NCBI GenBank assembly: GCA_963833425.1
Contig: CAWHXP010000011.1
Span: 80,671-144,670, forward strand
Direction: 5' to 3'
Length of the DNA stretch: 64,000 bases
DNA from: an uncultured Methanosarcinaceae archaeon
GTDB taxonomy: Archaea; Halobacteriota; Methanosarcinia; Methanosarcinales; Methanosarcinaceae
The position numbers and the translations under genes were made by a program. The notes under the pieces were generated by a model, which saw nothing but the letters and a program-made list of their open reading frames with translations, was not told the DNA's origin and searched no databases. This document shows positions 11,318-23,817 of this stretch, piece after piece (positions within the stretch are counted from its first letter, which is position 1; each line of letters begins with the position of its first letter).

Positions 11318-12750
11318 ATGCAAATCCCAGACCATAAGACAAAGATAGTTTGCACAATAGGCCCAGCTTCATCTTCCGAGAAAATAATCAGGGAACTTGT
11401 GCTTGCAGGCATGAATGTGGCAAGGATCAATTTTTCTCATGGGGACTTCGAAAGCCATAAAGAGGTAATTCAGAGAGTCCGTAAAGTCGCCAAAGATCTT
11501 GACAGAATAGTTGCAATTCTTGCCGATCTACCCGGCCCAAAGATCCGTATAGGCAAACTGGAAAAAGAACCGCTCATGCTTCACAAAGGAAACTTTGTGA
11601 CCCTTACAGTTGACGAGTCTTTTGTAAATTCGGAGCGTATTCCTGTAAGCTATAACAACTTCCTGAAAGTGTAGCTCCTGGAAATCTTATTTACTTAAAT
11701 GATGGATTTATCCAGCTACGTTGTCTTGAAATCTTGGGAAAAGACGTTCTTTGCGAGGTTCTAATTGGAGGGCAGCTTTATTCTCATAAAGGGCTGAATC
11801 TTCCAGGAGCAAAGATTTTTCTTGATCCTGTAACGGAAAAAGATTTAAAAATTCTTGAGTTTGGCTTGAACGAAGAAATTGACACTTTCAGTATTTCTTT
11901 TATAGAAGATGCCAGAGATATCAATAAAGTCCGAAGTTTTGCTGCAGAAAGAGGTAAATCTGTATATATTGTTGCTAAAATAGAGCGCAGACGAGCTGTA
12001 GATAATATTGAGGAAATTCTTGCGAAAACCGATGCTCTTATGATTGCCAGAGGAGATTTGGGCGTTGAAATTCCCATTCAGGAAATCCCATCAGTCCAAA
12101 AAGAACTTATCCAGAGTGCTAAGCTTCTTGGAATTCCTGTAATTACAGCCACTCAAATGCTGGCTTCAATGAGTGATAACGTGAGACCTACACGAGCAGA
12201 GGTGACTGATGTCGCCAATGCAATCCTTGATGGGACGGATGCTGTCATGCTTTCGGAAGAAACAGCTGTTGGCAACTATCCTGTAGAAGCAGTTGAAATG
12301 ATGGGGAAAATTGCGAAAACCACCGAAAACTGGCGCTCTCGGACAAAATGGGGTCTTGACACAATGATCAAGGGTATTACAGCCAGGGAAATGTCAGTGG
12401 ATGAGGTAATAACTCTTCAGGTTCATGAAGCTCTTCAGAAACTTCCGGTTGCAGCCGTTTTAACCCCTACCAGAAGTGGAGCAACTCCTCGCAGGATTTC
12501 CCGCTTCAAGCCTGAAATCTGGATCCTCGCATTCAGTCGTTTCCCAGAAACCTGTGGTTTTCTTTCCTTGTCCTATGGCGTTTATCCAATTATTGTGAAA
12601 AAAGTAATTGAAAACTGGGAAGTAGAAGCTACGAATAGAGCTAAAGAACTGGGATTTGCAAACAGTGGGAATATCGTAGTTTTTACCCAGGGTCCTTCTT
12701 CAGGAAGTCCTGGAGGTACAAACATGCTTAAGATACTTTCTCTTGACTAA
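11318..12750 (+). pseudogene. pyk: Pyruvate kinase with one frameshift
   Basis: KTKIVCTIGPAS, ARINFSHG, MIARGDLGVE and ATQML motifs. One A is missing near 11654; adding it restores YKQLPESVAPGNLIYLNDG. Confidence 0.9.
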
Positions 12751-12907
12751 AATCAAACGCAGCCTAAATTAAAAATCATAAACTCCAGTTTATAAAGCTT
12801 ATCCTTGTTTGGTATTTGTATCCAGTAGATTAAGCGGGATATAAAACCTTCAATGTTATGTATTTAGGTATCAAAAGCGTGTTTTCTACTTCAGAAAAAT
12901 CAATATT

Positions 12908-13828
12908 ATGTATGAGGTTTCATTGATGAAAAGAAAGGAATCTGCAACAAAAAATAAGAAATATCTAGCTATTCTCTTGGTTGTTATAATGTTTTTCTCA
13001 GTCTTTGTTATATTTTTTGCTAATAGCTTGAAAACAGGTAACAAAAGTGACCTTTCCACTCAAGCAGTTGAAAATAAAAATCCTACAGTCACCTTTTCCC
13101 AAATCCCAGGTAAACATATACATCATCAGTTTGATTCTATTGTTGATGGATTGAATATGTCTCCCGAGGGGGTAATGAATGCAATTTATATTGACCTCCA
13201 AAAATCAAAAAGAACTCCTTTAGGGGATATTTTTAATAATAAAGGTTTAAATGATTTTTATGGTGCAGATGTTACAAGATGCTATCGTGCAAATTACGCT
13301 AACGGAAGTGGGTTCGAATTGAACCAGATTCCAGAGCAGAAGATCCTGATGCCCTGGGGTGCAGTTCCGTATCGTGGATATAATTTTCTTATGAAGACAA
13401 ACAACACCTACAATCTGTTGAGTGTAGTTGGAGACCCTGTGCTCAGTGGCTCTCGCCAGAGCGTTAAGGATGTAATCGATATCATAGAGAATAACAAAAC
13501 ATCTACTCGCGAATTTGACCAAATTTTGAGCCGGGTAGAACCTGAGGATGTAATCATCGAGGAAATAGCTACAAAAAACAATGTTACGAACATTCCGGCA
13601 GAACAGTATTATATGGATCTCAAAAAATTGGATAACGGTAGTTATATGCAGACGCTTATGTTCCTCAATCCTGAGCCCAAGGTAACCAAAAATATCGCAG
13701 CTCTCAAGGAAAACTCGAGTGAACGTGGAGTCACTTATAATGTAACTAACTCAGGGAACATTATTACACTGACGATGAGCTCGGATTTTAAAGGCTTGTA
13801 CAATGAAAAAAAGTTGCTTTCATTGTAA
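12908..13828 (+). CDS. Hypothetical membrane-anchored/secreted protein
   Basis: Intact 306-aa ORF with a basic N-terminus and hydrophobic helix, followed by a T-rich tract. Confidence 0.75.
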   Translation: MYEVSLMKRKESATKNKKYLAILLVVIMFFSVFVIFFANSLKTGNKSDLSTQAVENKNPTVTFSQIPGKHIHHQFDSIVDGLNMSPEGVMNAIYIDLQKSKRTPLGDIFNNKGLNDFYGADVTRCYRANYANGSGFELNQIPEQKILMPWGAVPYRGYNFLMKTNNTYNLLSVVGDPVLSGSRQSVKDVIDIIENNKTSTREFDQILSRVEPEDVIIEEIATKNNVTNIPAEQYYMDLKKLDNGSYMQTLMFLNPEPKVTKNIAALKENSSERGVTYNVTNSGNIITLTMSSDFKGLYNEKKLLSL

Positions 13829-14604
13829 GTAGGCGGTTCCTACCCTCTTCATTTTTTTATTTTTTTGTCCGCGACCCAAATTTCACTTTTTTTCATTTTT
13901 GTCTTCCATTTTAATAATAAATAGTTGAAGTCTCCTCGCTTGAAGGACATCACTCAGACAGGTAAGAGATGAAAGCCATCAACTTTTAGGCTCTATTTTT
14001 TTTTAAATTTGGGATTTGTTTATAGATATTATTCTAAATATATAACTATGTAATCTAAACTGGATAGTTGGAACCATTAAGTATACAAATGCAATTATCA
14101 TTTGCGCACTGTATAACATCAGGAGAAAGGTACTTTGTAATCCATTACTTATTGACTTCTTAAAATCAAAAATCTATTACATAAATAAAGCGTCTAAGTT
14201 GTGATACTGATTACAGAATGTGAATAAGATCATTTCTATCTGATCTCTATTTCGAAAACAAATTTCAACACTCTAACAAGTATCAATAATTAATAAATGA
14301 TCACGTTTGTATTCAGAGCGCTAAGTTAGTCATTCTAATGGCGGGATGTAGCCATCAACTTCTGCATTATTCTATTTTCTTAATAAATAGTTTAACTTCG
14401 TATTTATCAACTAGTTTTCTTCCCATATACACACCCGTTTGGTTGTATTTTCCTATCGGCTATCTCTTTCCATATATTTGCATCTATTAAATGATAACAA
14501 TCCGAATTCAAAGTAGTATATCCTATTTATCACAAACTATACGTGTATATAAGCATATTTCATATATAATTATATAAATAATTATTATGTTAAAGAAAAT
14601 ATTC

Positions 14605-14830
14605 TGATGCAAGTTATCGCCATAGCCACTATCCAGCCAAAGCTCAAAAAAAATCATATTAAATAATTCGCTAGAGCTTTGCAGGTGGATATATGACGAA
14701 ACACTAGCTTTAAGAAAGAATTCTTGGGAATCAGGAACAAAAGATAGTTAACTATCATGATCCTAAGAAAAGAATCCCGATATGAAAAAACGATAAACTA
14801 GAGCTCAAAAACGTTGACTCTAAGTTTCAC
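14605..14830 (+). mobile_element. TnpB (IS605-type) N-terminal remnant
   Basis: Fragments SYRHSHYPAKAQK / LNNSLELCRWIYDETLALRKNSWE resemble the TnpB N-terminal helix-turn-helix region. Confidence 0.5.
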
Positions 14831-14949
14831 AAGATGTAGTAAAAGGATTAGAATTCTAATCTATTGTTTCTCCCAGTGAACTCTCTGTGAAGTTCAAGTG
14901 CTCCATCTATTTCCCTTCTGCACGAATACTTTCACAAGTCATTAATTTT

Positions 14950-15456
14950 TTAGGTCTGCATTCTAAAACTAGTTATTTCTTCAAGGTAATCATCAATTAA
15001 CTCGTAGTGACCGCTCTCATATACCGCTAGCATTTCGAAAAAATTTCTTTCGACATCGTTTATGGCCCATTTAGCCAGTTCCGAATAAAAGTATTCGCTT
15101 TTTCTCTCATGTCTCATAGCGGCGAGAAGAATACCTGTATCGCCAAGAGTGAGTTCACCACTTCTTGTTAGAGCTGGATTGAACTCTGGGGTGAAAGACT
15201 GACCACTATTTACTTTTGTGCTGACTACTGGAAGTTCTTTTGTGTCACGGTATTTTTCGAGGTAGCTCAAATGCTTTAATTCTTCATTTGCAAGATACTC
15301 ATAAAGCTCCTTAAACTTCGGATTTTCCATTAGAGTAGAGTTATATAAATAAAACTCTCTTGCTTCTCTTTCCCTTTCAATTGCCAGAGCTATAGCTTCT
15401 TCAATTCCTTTTAAGGTCCTTACTTCGTCTACTACATATTGATATATACTTTTCAT
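14950..15456 (-). CDS. Ferritin-like (rubrerythrin family) protein
   Basis: Two E...FY...ExxH repeats (EREAREFY..EELKH; ERKSEYFY..ESGH). Confidence 0.85.
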   Translation of the reverse strand: MKSIYQYVVDEVRTLKGIEEAIALAIEREREAREFYLYNSTLMENPKFKELYEYLANEELKHLSYLEKYRDTKELPVVSTKVNSGQSFTPEFNPALTRSGELTLGDTGILLAAMRHERKSEYFYSELAKWAINDVERNFFEMLAVYESGHYELIDDYLEEITSFRMQT

Positions 15457-15773
15457 ATATTTTACCCCATAGATGTTAGCTTTTCATGTTATTCTTTTTT
15501 AGAGGCATTTCGTAACTATTTTTAGTTCTCAATTTGTTTTTTCTTTTTTTTCGCTCCTTCTTTGCATTTAATCATTATATCTTCAGAAAGTTATTCATGC
15601 CCAAGATGTCGTACATATTATTTTATACGTCTAATAAACTCAATAAATTCAATCTGGATAGTACACGATTACGACAGATGACATATTGTATATTATGTAA
15701 TAATGATTTTTTTTAATTAACCATTTTTTTTCTGGAGGTTAATTTTTCCGGTTCATTATTTGGAGCTGATGGA

Positions 15774-16060
15774 TTATTTACCAGATTTTTCAAAAAGGAT
15801 AGGATGCTTCTTTTTTAGTGGTGTTGAGTACTCTTCGTCAAATTTTGTAACATAAAGAGTTTTCACTTTTGTAAGCTGATAAAATGATAGACACTGAGCT
15901 ATTTCAAGGTTAGCCCTCTCAAAGTTAGCTCGATCAAAGTTTGTCTCTTGAATGTCAGCCATAAAGATCAAGTCCTGAAGGTTAGCTCCTTGAAGATTAG
16001 TTCATAAAGATCACTCCCTTAAAATTTAGCTCCTTAAAGGTTAGCTTCTTGTGAGTCTTT
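15774..16060 (-). pseudogene. Pentapeptide-repeat protein remnant
   Basis: Repeats such as ADIQE TNFDR ANFER ANLEI, with stop-interrupted ANL/GANL units upstream. Confidence 0.65.
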
Positions 16061-16793
16061 TCTCTTGAAAATATCCGTTTATAATCATCGGCTTTGAACT
16101 AAAGCAATTATTACTAGGCTAGGATGAATCTTCTAATTTTCATGATTTAGTTTTTAAAATTGTATCTATTTATATTCTGTGTCTGTAAAACCCGCACGAA
16201 ATGATAGCCATGAAGATTGAATTAATCGTGAATAGGTGATGTGTGGTGCTTGAGCTGCTTTATGACTTCGCAGGAGCATCTGCAACCTACTCTTGTGGGT
16301 TTATGACACCGACGGACTGGAATTATCTTGCCATCGTTTCACCCGGTTTTCTACGAATAAGATCTATGAAGGTTCTAAATCAATCGGATTCCGCATCCCA
16401 CTGAATGCGATCAATGTATGTATATTCTGCGTGCTCCACATGCAAAGATTATAATTGGGAAGTATATGGAAATCCAGATTCAAGAACCAATAATACTGTG
16501 AATTCATCAAATTGCAAATGTTAGCCGCTGCCAAGTTATGATACGCACTCAATAAACTTCTGATCGAAAGTCTACTATCCGATGGATTACCAGAAATGTA
16601 CCAAAAAGCACTTTGAAGATTTTGAAAGCAGCTAATTTAATATTTAGCAATTTAGATTAGCATCAAGTTATAGATGAATGTAAAGCTGGATGATTGTAGT
16701 CTGAAAAGGATTTTTTAACTTTAATACGTTTTCCCAGCCTTTCTCTACCATCAATACTGAGATTCTATACAGTTTTAATAAATCAGAGGCTCT

Positions 16794-16906
16794 TAAGGAC
16801 TGATGCGGTAGAACGGAAAATCAGCAGCCTTAAGCCCTCAACTATCCTAAAATTAAACTACAGTTTTCATTGTACTTAATTCATTTCTCAAGTGCGTAAG
16901 TCCTAA
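16794..16906. mobile_element. MITE-like repeat (TTAGGACTTACGCA-end family)
   Basis: Ends TAAGGACTGATGCGG ... AGTGCGTAAGTCCTAA; the body resembles the copies at 39118, 51203 and 57121. Confidence 0.7.
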
Positions 16907-17460
16907 AAATATCCTAGTTTCTTAATATTATTTGGGAAACAAAGAAATCAAATATAATTGGATGTTGCAATTTAAACTTTGATTTTAGACAGTATAGGTT
17001 CAATGCTATTCATTATTTGATTCAACTGTATAATTCCTAATGAATATTAAATAAGCAATGTAAACATTTTTTTTAAAACACTGATATTCTGAATAATAAT
17101 TAAATATACTAAATAAATAATTAAATAACTCTAAATATAATCATATATAATTTTCATATTACCTATTATGCATATAAATATATCTACTTGTTTATATTAC
17201 CTTATGTATTAATAATATTATTGGAGTCAGGCTCCTAAAAGAGGATATCTGAAGTTATAATAGTTAATAGCACTGTTTGTAAAATATGGAAATTAGAGAG
17301 TGAATAAAGTTAGAGGAATGTTATGGGTACGTATTAATTTATTAAAGAAGTAGATAAAAACGTTTTATTAAATTTTTTACACATAATCTTCATGATTTTT
17401 TTTAAATTCGATCTATAATCCACAGACAAGAAGAACTATAAAAAGAAGGGAGAAATCAAA

Positions 17461-19293
17461 ATGAAAAAATATTTCGAGATAAAAAAAATTGTAAATATGA
17501 AAGCAAGAATGTTAATAATTAGTGGAATATGCATTTTATTTTTAGTTATAGGTTCATCTATAGCAATACCATATAAAGGATTCTTAGATTGTAACAAATC
17601 ATTTGATATTAAAAAAAATATCGTAAATCATACTGAGTTTTCTCCAAAGCTTGAATTTGCACCAGAAAATCCTGAGTTTGTAAAATATCAGAGGAATATA
17701 GTTTATAATCCAGTGAATTTTTATTCTCTGGATAAATATAGAACAGGCTTTATACCGGCACCTGTGGATCTTCGTCATCTAAGTACACATAGCCGTCCCC
17801 TGCTTGGTAGCAGTATTTCTGGGACAAATATATCTACACCAACTCACTATGACTTGCGGGAACTAAACAGAATTACCCACGTGAAAGATCAGGGGAATGC
17901 AGGGAATTGTTGGGCATTTGCAACCTATGCGTCTCTTGAATCATACTTAATGCCGCTAGAAAATTGGGATTTCTCGGAAAATAATTTAAAAAACTTGCTT
18001 TCTCCTGCTTCTCCGGAAGGGTTTGATTTAAACGAAGGTGGGAACATGTTTATGTCAACTGCTTACCTGACTCGCTGGAACGGACCTATCGCTGGAAAAA
18101 GTGATCCTTATAATGATTCATCAAGCTATTCTACCAGCGAGCTTAGCCTTCCTTTAAAGAAACATGTACAAAATGTACTTTTCCTTCCAGATAGGCACGG
18201 TTCTCTGGACAATGAGGAAATAAAACGGGCAGTTCAGAACTATGGAGCTGTATGGACCACATTGTATTATAATCCCACTTCTTATTCCTCAACCAAGCAC
18301 AATTATTACTATAAAGGGACCTCAAGCCCTAACCATGCAGTGGCTATTGTGGGTTGGAATGACTCTTTTGATAAGAACAATTTCTCCCAGGTTCCGCCAG
18401 GAAATGGAGCATTTATCGTGAAAAATAGCTGGGGTCCACTTTGGGGTGATGATGGATATTTCTATGTTTCTTATTATGATTCGTCTATAGGAAGTGCTAA
18501 TAATGGGGTTTTTACAGCTGAAAATACTGGTAATTATAAACACATCTATCAGTACGACCCTCTCGGATGGACAGGTAACTTTGGATATGGCAGCCAAACT
18601 GGTTGGTGCGCAAACATCTTTACTGCAAAATCTAGCGAAGTCCTCGAAGCAGTAAGTTTCTATGCAACAGATTCAAACTGCAACTACAAAATATACATTT
18701 ACACTAATCCAAGTTCCACACCCATTAGTCAAGATGATCCGGTTCTTACCCAGAGTGGTGTAATTCCCATGTCAGGCTACCACACAGTTAATCTAAATTC
18801 GGGAGTTCAGCTCAAAGCTAACCAAAAATTTTCCGTAGTCTTGAAGCTTACAAACTCTAAATACAATTACCCAATTGCAGTAGAATCACCGGTCTCGGGA
18901 TATAGTGGTAAAGCAAAAGCAAATGCAGGAGAAAGTTTCGTCAGTTCGAATGGAAATTCTTGGACAGATATAACAAAAGATTCAGGTTACTCAAATACGA
19001 ATGTGTGCATCAAGGCCTTCACAGATACTGGAAATATATCGAATGTTGCCGATTTTTTTGCAGCCCCTACATCCGGGAACGTACCACTCGATGTTGTGTT
19101 TACTGACAAAAGTACAGGATCACCAATTTCATGGTACTGGGACTTTGGAGACGGAACATACTCAACAATCCAGAACCCAAAGCACAATTATTCAGCAACA
19201 GGAAATTACACAGTGTCACTTACAGAAACAAATGCCGGAGGTAATAATACGATAACAAAACCTCACAATATAACAGTGACGGCAGCTACTTAA
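17461..19293 (+). CDS. Secreted papain-family (C1A) cysteine peptidase with lectin-like and PKD domains
   Basis: QGNAGNCWAF, NHAVAIVGW and IVKNSWG motifs; YQYDPLGW lectin-like region; C-terminal PKD repeat (SWYWDFGDG); signal peptide. Confidence 0.92.
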   Translation: MKKYFEIKKIVNMKARMLIISGICILFLVIGSSIAIPYKGFLDCNKSFDIKKNIVNHTEFSPKLEFAPENPEFVKYQRNIVYNPVNFYSLDKYRTGFIPAPVDLRHLSTHSRPLLGSSISGTNISTPTHYDLRELNRITHVKDQGNAGNCWAFATYASLESYLMPLENWDFSENNLKNLLSPASPEGFDLNEGGNMFMSTAYLTRWNGPIAGKSDPYNDSSSYSTSELSLPLKKHVQNVLFLPDRHGSLDNEEIKRAVQNYGAVWTTLYYNPTSYSSTKHNYYYKGTSSPNHAVAIVGWNDSFDKNNFSQVPPGNGAFIVKNSWGPLWGDDGYFYVSYYDSSIGSANNGVFTAENTGNYKHIYQYDPLGWTGNFGYGSQTGWCANIFTAKSSEVLEAVSFYATDSNCNYKIYIYTNPSSTPISQDDPVLTQSGVIPMSGYHTVNLNSGVQLKANQKFSVVLKLTNSKYNYPIAVESPVSGYSGKAKANAGESFVSSNGNSWTDITKDSGYSNTNVCIKAFTDTGNISNVADFFAAPTSGNVPLDVVFTDKSTGSPISWYWDFGDGTYSTIQNPKHNYSATGNYTVSLTETNAGGNNTITKPHNITVTAAT

Positions 19294-20189
19294 TAAACTT
19301 GCTGTATACAACGTACCGAAGACTCTGTGAAATATAATAGACTCTGTATCCATTTCATCTCACCACAAAAAGATGCCTAGTAGATTGTAAATGCTGTCAA
19401 ATTTATAAAAAATAATCTTACTTATCAGGAAAGTGAAATTAATCATCTAATTACGTAATTTTTAACCTTTTAAGGGGAAAAAACTCTACTCAAATCAAGT
19501 ACAGAATGTCGTGCGGAAGCTGATTATCTTAAAGGTCGTAAAAACAGCTGCAAACATAGATCTCTCTAAACTAAATTTGAGAAACTCGAATTGGTAAAGC
19601 CAATTCTAAGAATTTTTCATCGAAAATTAAATATTTTGGTGATTCTGATTAAGTTGAGAACTTATAAAATATGGTTGATGACCTGAAAAAATATGATTAA
19701 TGATTTTATGGCTTCTTGGTGTCTAAAATTTTCATCATATACGGATATAAGCGCCTCATGTAAACATTAACTAAGTAGTTATCTTTCAAAATATTGATTT
19801 ATTCTATGCTCACGAAAAATAATGATGTTTGAATCATAGATCCAAGCGAAAATGATGTCCAGGCTTAAGAGTAATTCATGAAAATATATAACTTTGGATC
19901 TTCTTAAGTGGGTTCTCCGGGAAAAAAAAATGGTGCGCTCACAATTGAAAAAATGAAACAATCAAAGTAATCTCATCCAGAATCCCAGAACATTCTAGGA
20001 TTTATCAAAATGAAGGTAGAAAGCTCAGTGTTTTAATTGTAGAGTGAATGCCGTCACTTTTTTATCCAGCGTTTTTGATAGAAATATTTTTCAATATTTA
20101 GCCACTAATTGACATATAATCTGAATTAGTATAATTTATTGTGCTTATATGGAAGTCAAAAATCAAAGCAAGAAATAGAAAAGTAATAA

Positions 20190-20600
20190 GCATTAATGTA
20201 TAGTTGTCAGTACCATGTAACCTTTCGTCCAAAAACAGAGAATCATTACTTAAATGCAAGAAACTATGAGACTCAAAGAATTTATCTTAGAAAAACAAAA
20301 AAATTTGATTATGAAGTTCTTGACATGGAGAAATCACATTTCATGTGAATTTGCTATTAGATGTAGATTCAAAAATAATAGTCTATTCATCAGTATAAAA
20401 TAAGAAAATATACATAGAAGCAGTTGAAATTAGAATTTCTCGAACTAAAATAGAGGCTACCTATATTATAGACTTTATCAAAGCCCATATCTACAACTGA
20501 TTCTGTAACTCTTAATGTGTAAAAAGCATAATGGGAGGCAGAAGAACAAACGATTACCACATATAAATAAAACACAATGGAGGTTGCAGATCCTCCATCC
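20190..20600 (+). mobile_element. IS200-type tnpA remnant
   Basis: Degenerate YSCQYHVTF.PK and HI/HVNLL-like segments; hairpin GGAGG-TTGCAGAT-CCTCC at ~20579-20596. Confidence 0.5.
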
Positions 20601-20842
20601 AAAAATTTTAACATTTCTGCATCTTTTTTGATGAATTTAAGAAAAAGGCTGAAAAAAGCCTATTTTTTCTCGAATCCATAGAATGAAGTGGGCAAAGGTT
20701 CGAAAATGCTAAAACAGTGACAAAAAAAATCAAAATTTATTTCATGGATGCCAGAAAAGCAAATGTATATAAGTTCTATCCTGTATTATCGAAGGCGGTG
20801 ACAAAAAAACAGAGGAAAAGGACTTAAAGGAGACAATAAGCC

Positions 20843-22486
20843 TTGAAAAACATTTTTATTCTTGGAATCGAAGGCACTGCTTGGAATTTTAGTGCAGCAA
20901 TCGTAAACGAGACCGAGATTATTGTTGAGGTTACAGAAACGTATAAACCCGAAATCGGAGGAATACATCCCCGAGAAGCCGCTCAGCACCATGCAAAATA
21001 TGCGGCCAGCGTAATCAAAAGACTCCTTATAAAGGCAAAAGAAAAAGGAGTCGAGTCTTCGTGTATTAACGGAATAGCTTTTTCACAAGGACCTGGAATG
21101 GGACCATGCTTGAGAACGGTCGCGACAGCGGCCAGAATGCTTTCCCTTTCCCTAGGCATTCCCTTAATAGGAGTTAACCACTGCATCGCCCACATAGAAA
21201 TAGGCATCTGGAAAACACTAACAAAAGATCCAGTTATCCTTTATGTAAGCGGAGCCAATTCGCAGGTTATCTCCTATATGGGAGGAAGGTATAGAATTTT
21301 TGGAGAGACTTTGGATATAGGACTCGGGAATGCCCTTGATAAATTTGTGAGAGGAGCTGGCTTGCAACATCCCGGAGGACCAAAGATTGAGGCATACGCG
21401 AAAAACGCAAAAAAGTATATTCCGCTCCCTTATGTTGTAAAGGGAATGGACCTTTCCTTTTCAGGGCTCGCAACGGCTGCCAGTGAAGCCCTAAAAACAA
21501 CTCCCCTTGAAGATGTCTGTTATTCTTATCAGGAAACTGCTTTTGCAATGGTTGTGGAAGTTGTAGAGCGTGCTCTTGCTCATACAGGAAAAAAAGAGGT
21601 GCTTCTGGCAGGAGGAGTCGGAGCAAATACAAGGCTTCGAGAGATGTTAAACGAAATGTGCAAGGCCAGAGGAGCAAAATTTTATGCGCCAGAAAAATGT
21701 TTCATGGGAGATAATGGAACCATGATCGCGTATACAGGTCTTCTGATGTATAAGTCAGGAAATACGCTCACACTTGAAAATTCCAGGGTAAATCCAAGTT
21801 TCAGGACTGACGAGGTAAATGTTACATGGATTAGAGAAAAAGAAATGAAAAAAATCCCTGAAATTTCCCCCGAGGATTTCTTCAGAATTCCTCCAGGAGA
21901 AATGTTAGAAAGCGGGGCTGAAGCTGTTGTATATCTGGAAAAAGGACCTGAAGGAAAAAAAGTTCTTGTTAAAGAAAGAATTCAGAAAATTTACAGGCAT
22001 AAAGAGATAGATGAAATTATCAGGAAAGAAAGAAACCGTACCGAAGCTAAATTAATGTCTGAAGCACGAAGCTTTGGGATTTCGACACCTATCATCTATG
22101 ATGTAGAAGATTTCAAGCTCAAAATGCAATACATAGAAGGAGTTCCCATAAAATATCTTATCACTCCTGAAATATCTAAAAACGTGGGAAAACTTGTCGG
22201 AAAACTTCATAATTCAGGTATAGTACACGGGGACCTAACCACCTCAAATCTCATGCTTGCAGGTAAGAAACTTTATCTTCTGGACTTCGGACTCGCTTAT
22301 TTCGATAAAGGCCTGGAAGCCAGAGGTGTCGACGTCCATGTGCTTTTTCAGACTTTTGAGAGCACACACAGTAACCACAAAGCTCTTATCGAAGCATTCA
22401 AAAAAGGGTACCAAAGTGCTTTTATAGATTCAGAGGATGTACTCAAGCGAGTAGGAGAGATTAAAAAGAGAGCTCGCTATGCATAA
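20843..22486 (+). CDS. kae1: Bifunctional tRNA t6A synthase Kae1 / Bud32 kinase fusion
   Basis: LGIEGTAW, GGIHPREAAQHH, VNHCIAHIE and GDNGTMIA motifs, then kinase HGDLTTSN and DFGLA motifs; TTG start with RBS. Confidence 0.95.
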   Translation: MKNIFILGIEGTAWNFSAAIVNETEIIVEVTETYKPEIGGIHPREAAQHHAKYAASVIKRLLIKAKEKGVESSCINGIAFSQGPGMGPCLRTVATAARMLSLSLGIPLIGVNHCIAHIEIGIWKTLTKDPVILYVSGANSQVISYMGGRYRIFGETLDIGLGNALDKFVRGAGLQHPGGPKIEAYAKNAKKYIPLPYVVKGMDLSFSGLATAASEALKTTPLEDVCYSYQETAFAMVVEVVERALAHTGKKEVLLAGGVGANTRLREMLNEMCKARGAKFYAPEKCFMGDNGTMIAYTGLLMYKSGNTLTLENSRVNPSFRTDEVNVTWIREKEMKKIPEISPEDFFRIPPGEMLESGAEAVVYLEKGPEGKKVLVKERIQKIYRHKEIDEIIRKERNRTEAKLMSEARSFGISTPIIYDVEDFKLKMQYIEGVPIKYLITPEISKNVGKLVGKLHNSGIVHGDLTTSNLMLAGKKLYLLDFGLAYFDKGLEARGVDVHVLFQTFESTHSNHKALIEAFKKGYQSAFIDSEDVLKRVGEIKKRARYA

Positions 22487-23033
22487 GATCGTTTTTGTTA
22501 CGGGAAATAAGGACAAGTTTACAGAGGTAAGGGATATTCTCAAAACTCTTGGAGTCGAAGTAATTCAGGACAAAAATGGCTATCCTGAGCTTCAGGAAGA
22601 TGAACTTGAACCTATTGCAGCCTATGGAGCACTACATGCTGCAAATAAACTGAACATGCCTGTAATGGTTGATGATTCCGGAATATTCATAAAAGTTTTA
22701 AATGGCTTTCCAGGCCCATATTCTCGCTTTGTGGAAGATAAACTCGGAAACCTGAAAGTGCTCAAGCTGATGGAAAAAGAAGAAGACAGGACAGCTTACT
22801 TTAAGACAGTAATCGGATACTGCGAACCTGGGAAAGAGCCTCTTGTTTTTTCAGGCGTTGTGAAAGGTGAGATAGCCCATGAAGAGCGAGGCACGGGCGG
22901 CTTTGGGTACGACCCTATTTTTGAATATCAGGGTATTACTTTCGGAGAACTGAGATATGACGAGAAGAACGAGGTTTCACATCGTAGAATGGCTATTAAT
23001 AAGTTTCTAGAATGGTTTAATAATATTGATTAA
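22479..23033 (+). CDS. rdgB: XTP/dITP diphosphatase (HAM1/RdgB family)
   Basis: VTGNKDK, DDSG, GFPGPYS, GFGYDPIF and SHR motifs. Confidence 0.95.
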   Translation: MHKIVFVTGNKDKFTEVRDILKTLGVEVIQDKNGYPELQEDELEPIAAYGALHAANKLNMPVMVDDSGIFIKVLNGFPGPYSRFVEDKLGNLKVLKLMEKEEDRTAYFKTVIGYCEPGKEPLVFSGVVKGEIAHEERGTGGFGYDPIFEYQGITFGELRYDEKNEVSHRRMAINKFLEWFNNID

Positions 23034-23817
23034 AAGACGTGAATCTGCAGAAAAATTCCCTGCAGGAGGATCTAAATTTTTGTCACAGTACCTATTTAAA
23101 TTAATTACAAGAAAAATAATTTCTAAACGAAAAATGATTTCGTATAAAATTTTTCAAATCAAAAAACAATTAAATATTAAGAATGATTTTTTATTATTTC
23201 CGAAGTCTTTAGAATCTAATATTATGTTTTTCCTAATATAAGACTTGATTGATTAAAGTTTCAATATTTAAATCCTAATAATACCGCAACTCTCTTAGTA
23301 TCTAGGCCTTTCCATCCAACTTGTGGCCACCATTTCAAATAGGTAATAGTTACTAAAATAAACACCTGGTAGGCCACTGATAAGCTCAAGACAAGGTTTT
23401 CATACAATGGCATTAGGAAGAAAGCTTGCTACCACAAATTCGATCCTAGCATCGCTAAATTCATTGGTTTTTCAAAAAATTAGGGTGTACCTGGTTGGTT
23501 AGTGGTTTAGGTGAATGTTTGGTAGATAGTTGGGTAAAAGTAGCAGGGATCTTAGTAGTGATTGTGATAAAGAACATGATGATTTCTTTTCTGCCATTTC
23601 TTTATCACCAGTTATGGATTAATGGTATACTATAACCGCGCCTTAAGACTATCATTAATCAACAACAGTGAATCATTTTTTAATTTGTTTGTTTTCAGCT
23701 TTAAAACACAATTATCTTCAAGTTTATTTTAAATGAATGATAATAAAAATTGCTTCTGAATGAAATTTATTTCGATATAAAATATTTTAAAGTCTAACAA
23801 CAATTAAATATTAATTA

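Noticed and set aside
14605..14830. Active TnpB/omega-RNA nuclease system
   Set aside because: Only a short, stop-ridden N-terminal remnant is present, with no RuvC motifs visible.
16140..16640. Coding-like fragment between the pentapeptide remnant and the MITE
   Set aside because: No frame or family could be supported by eye.
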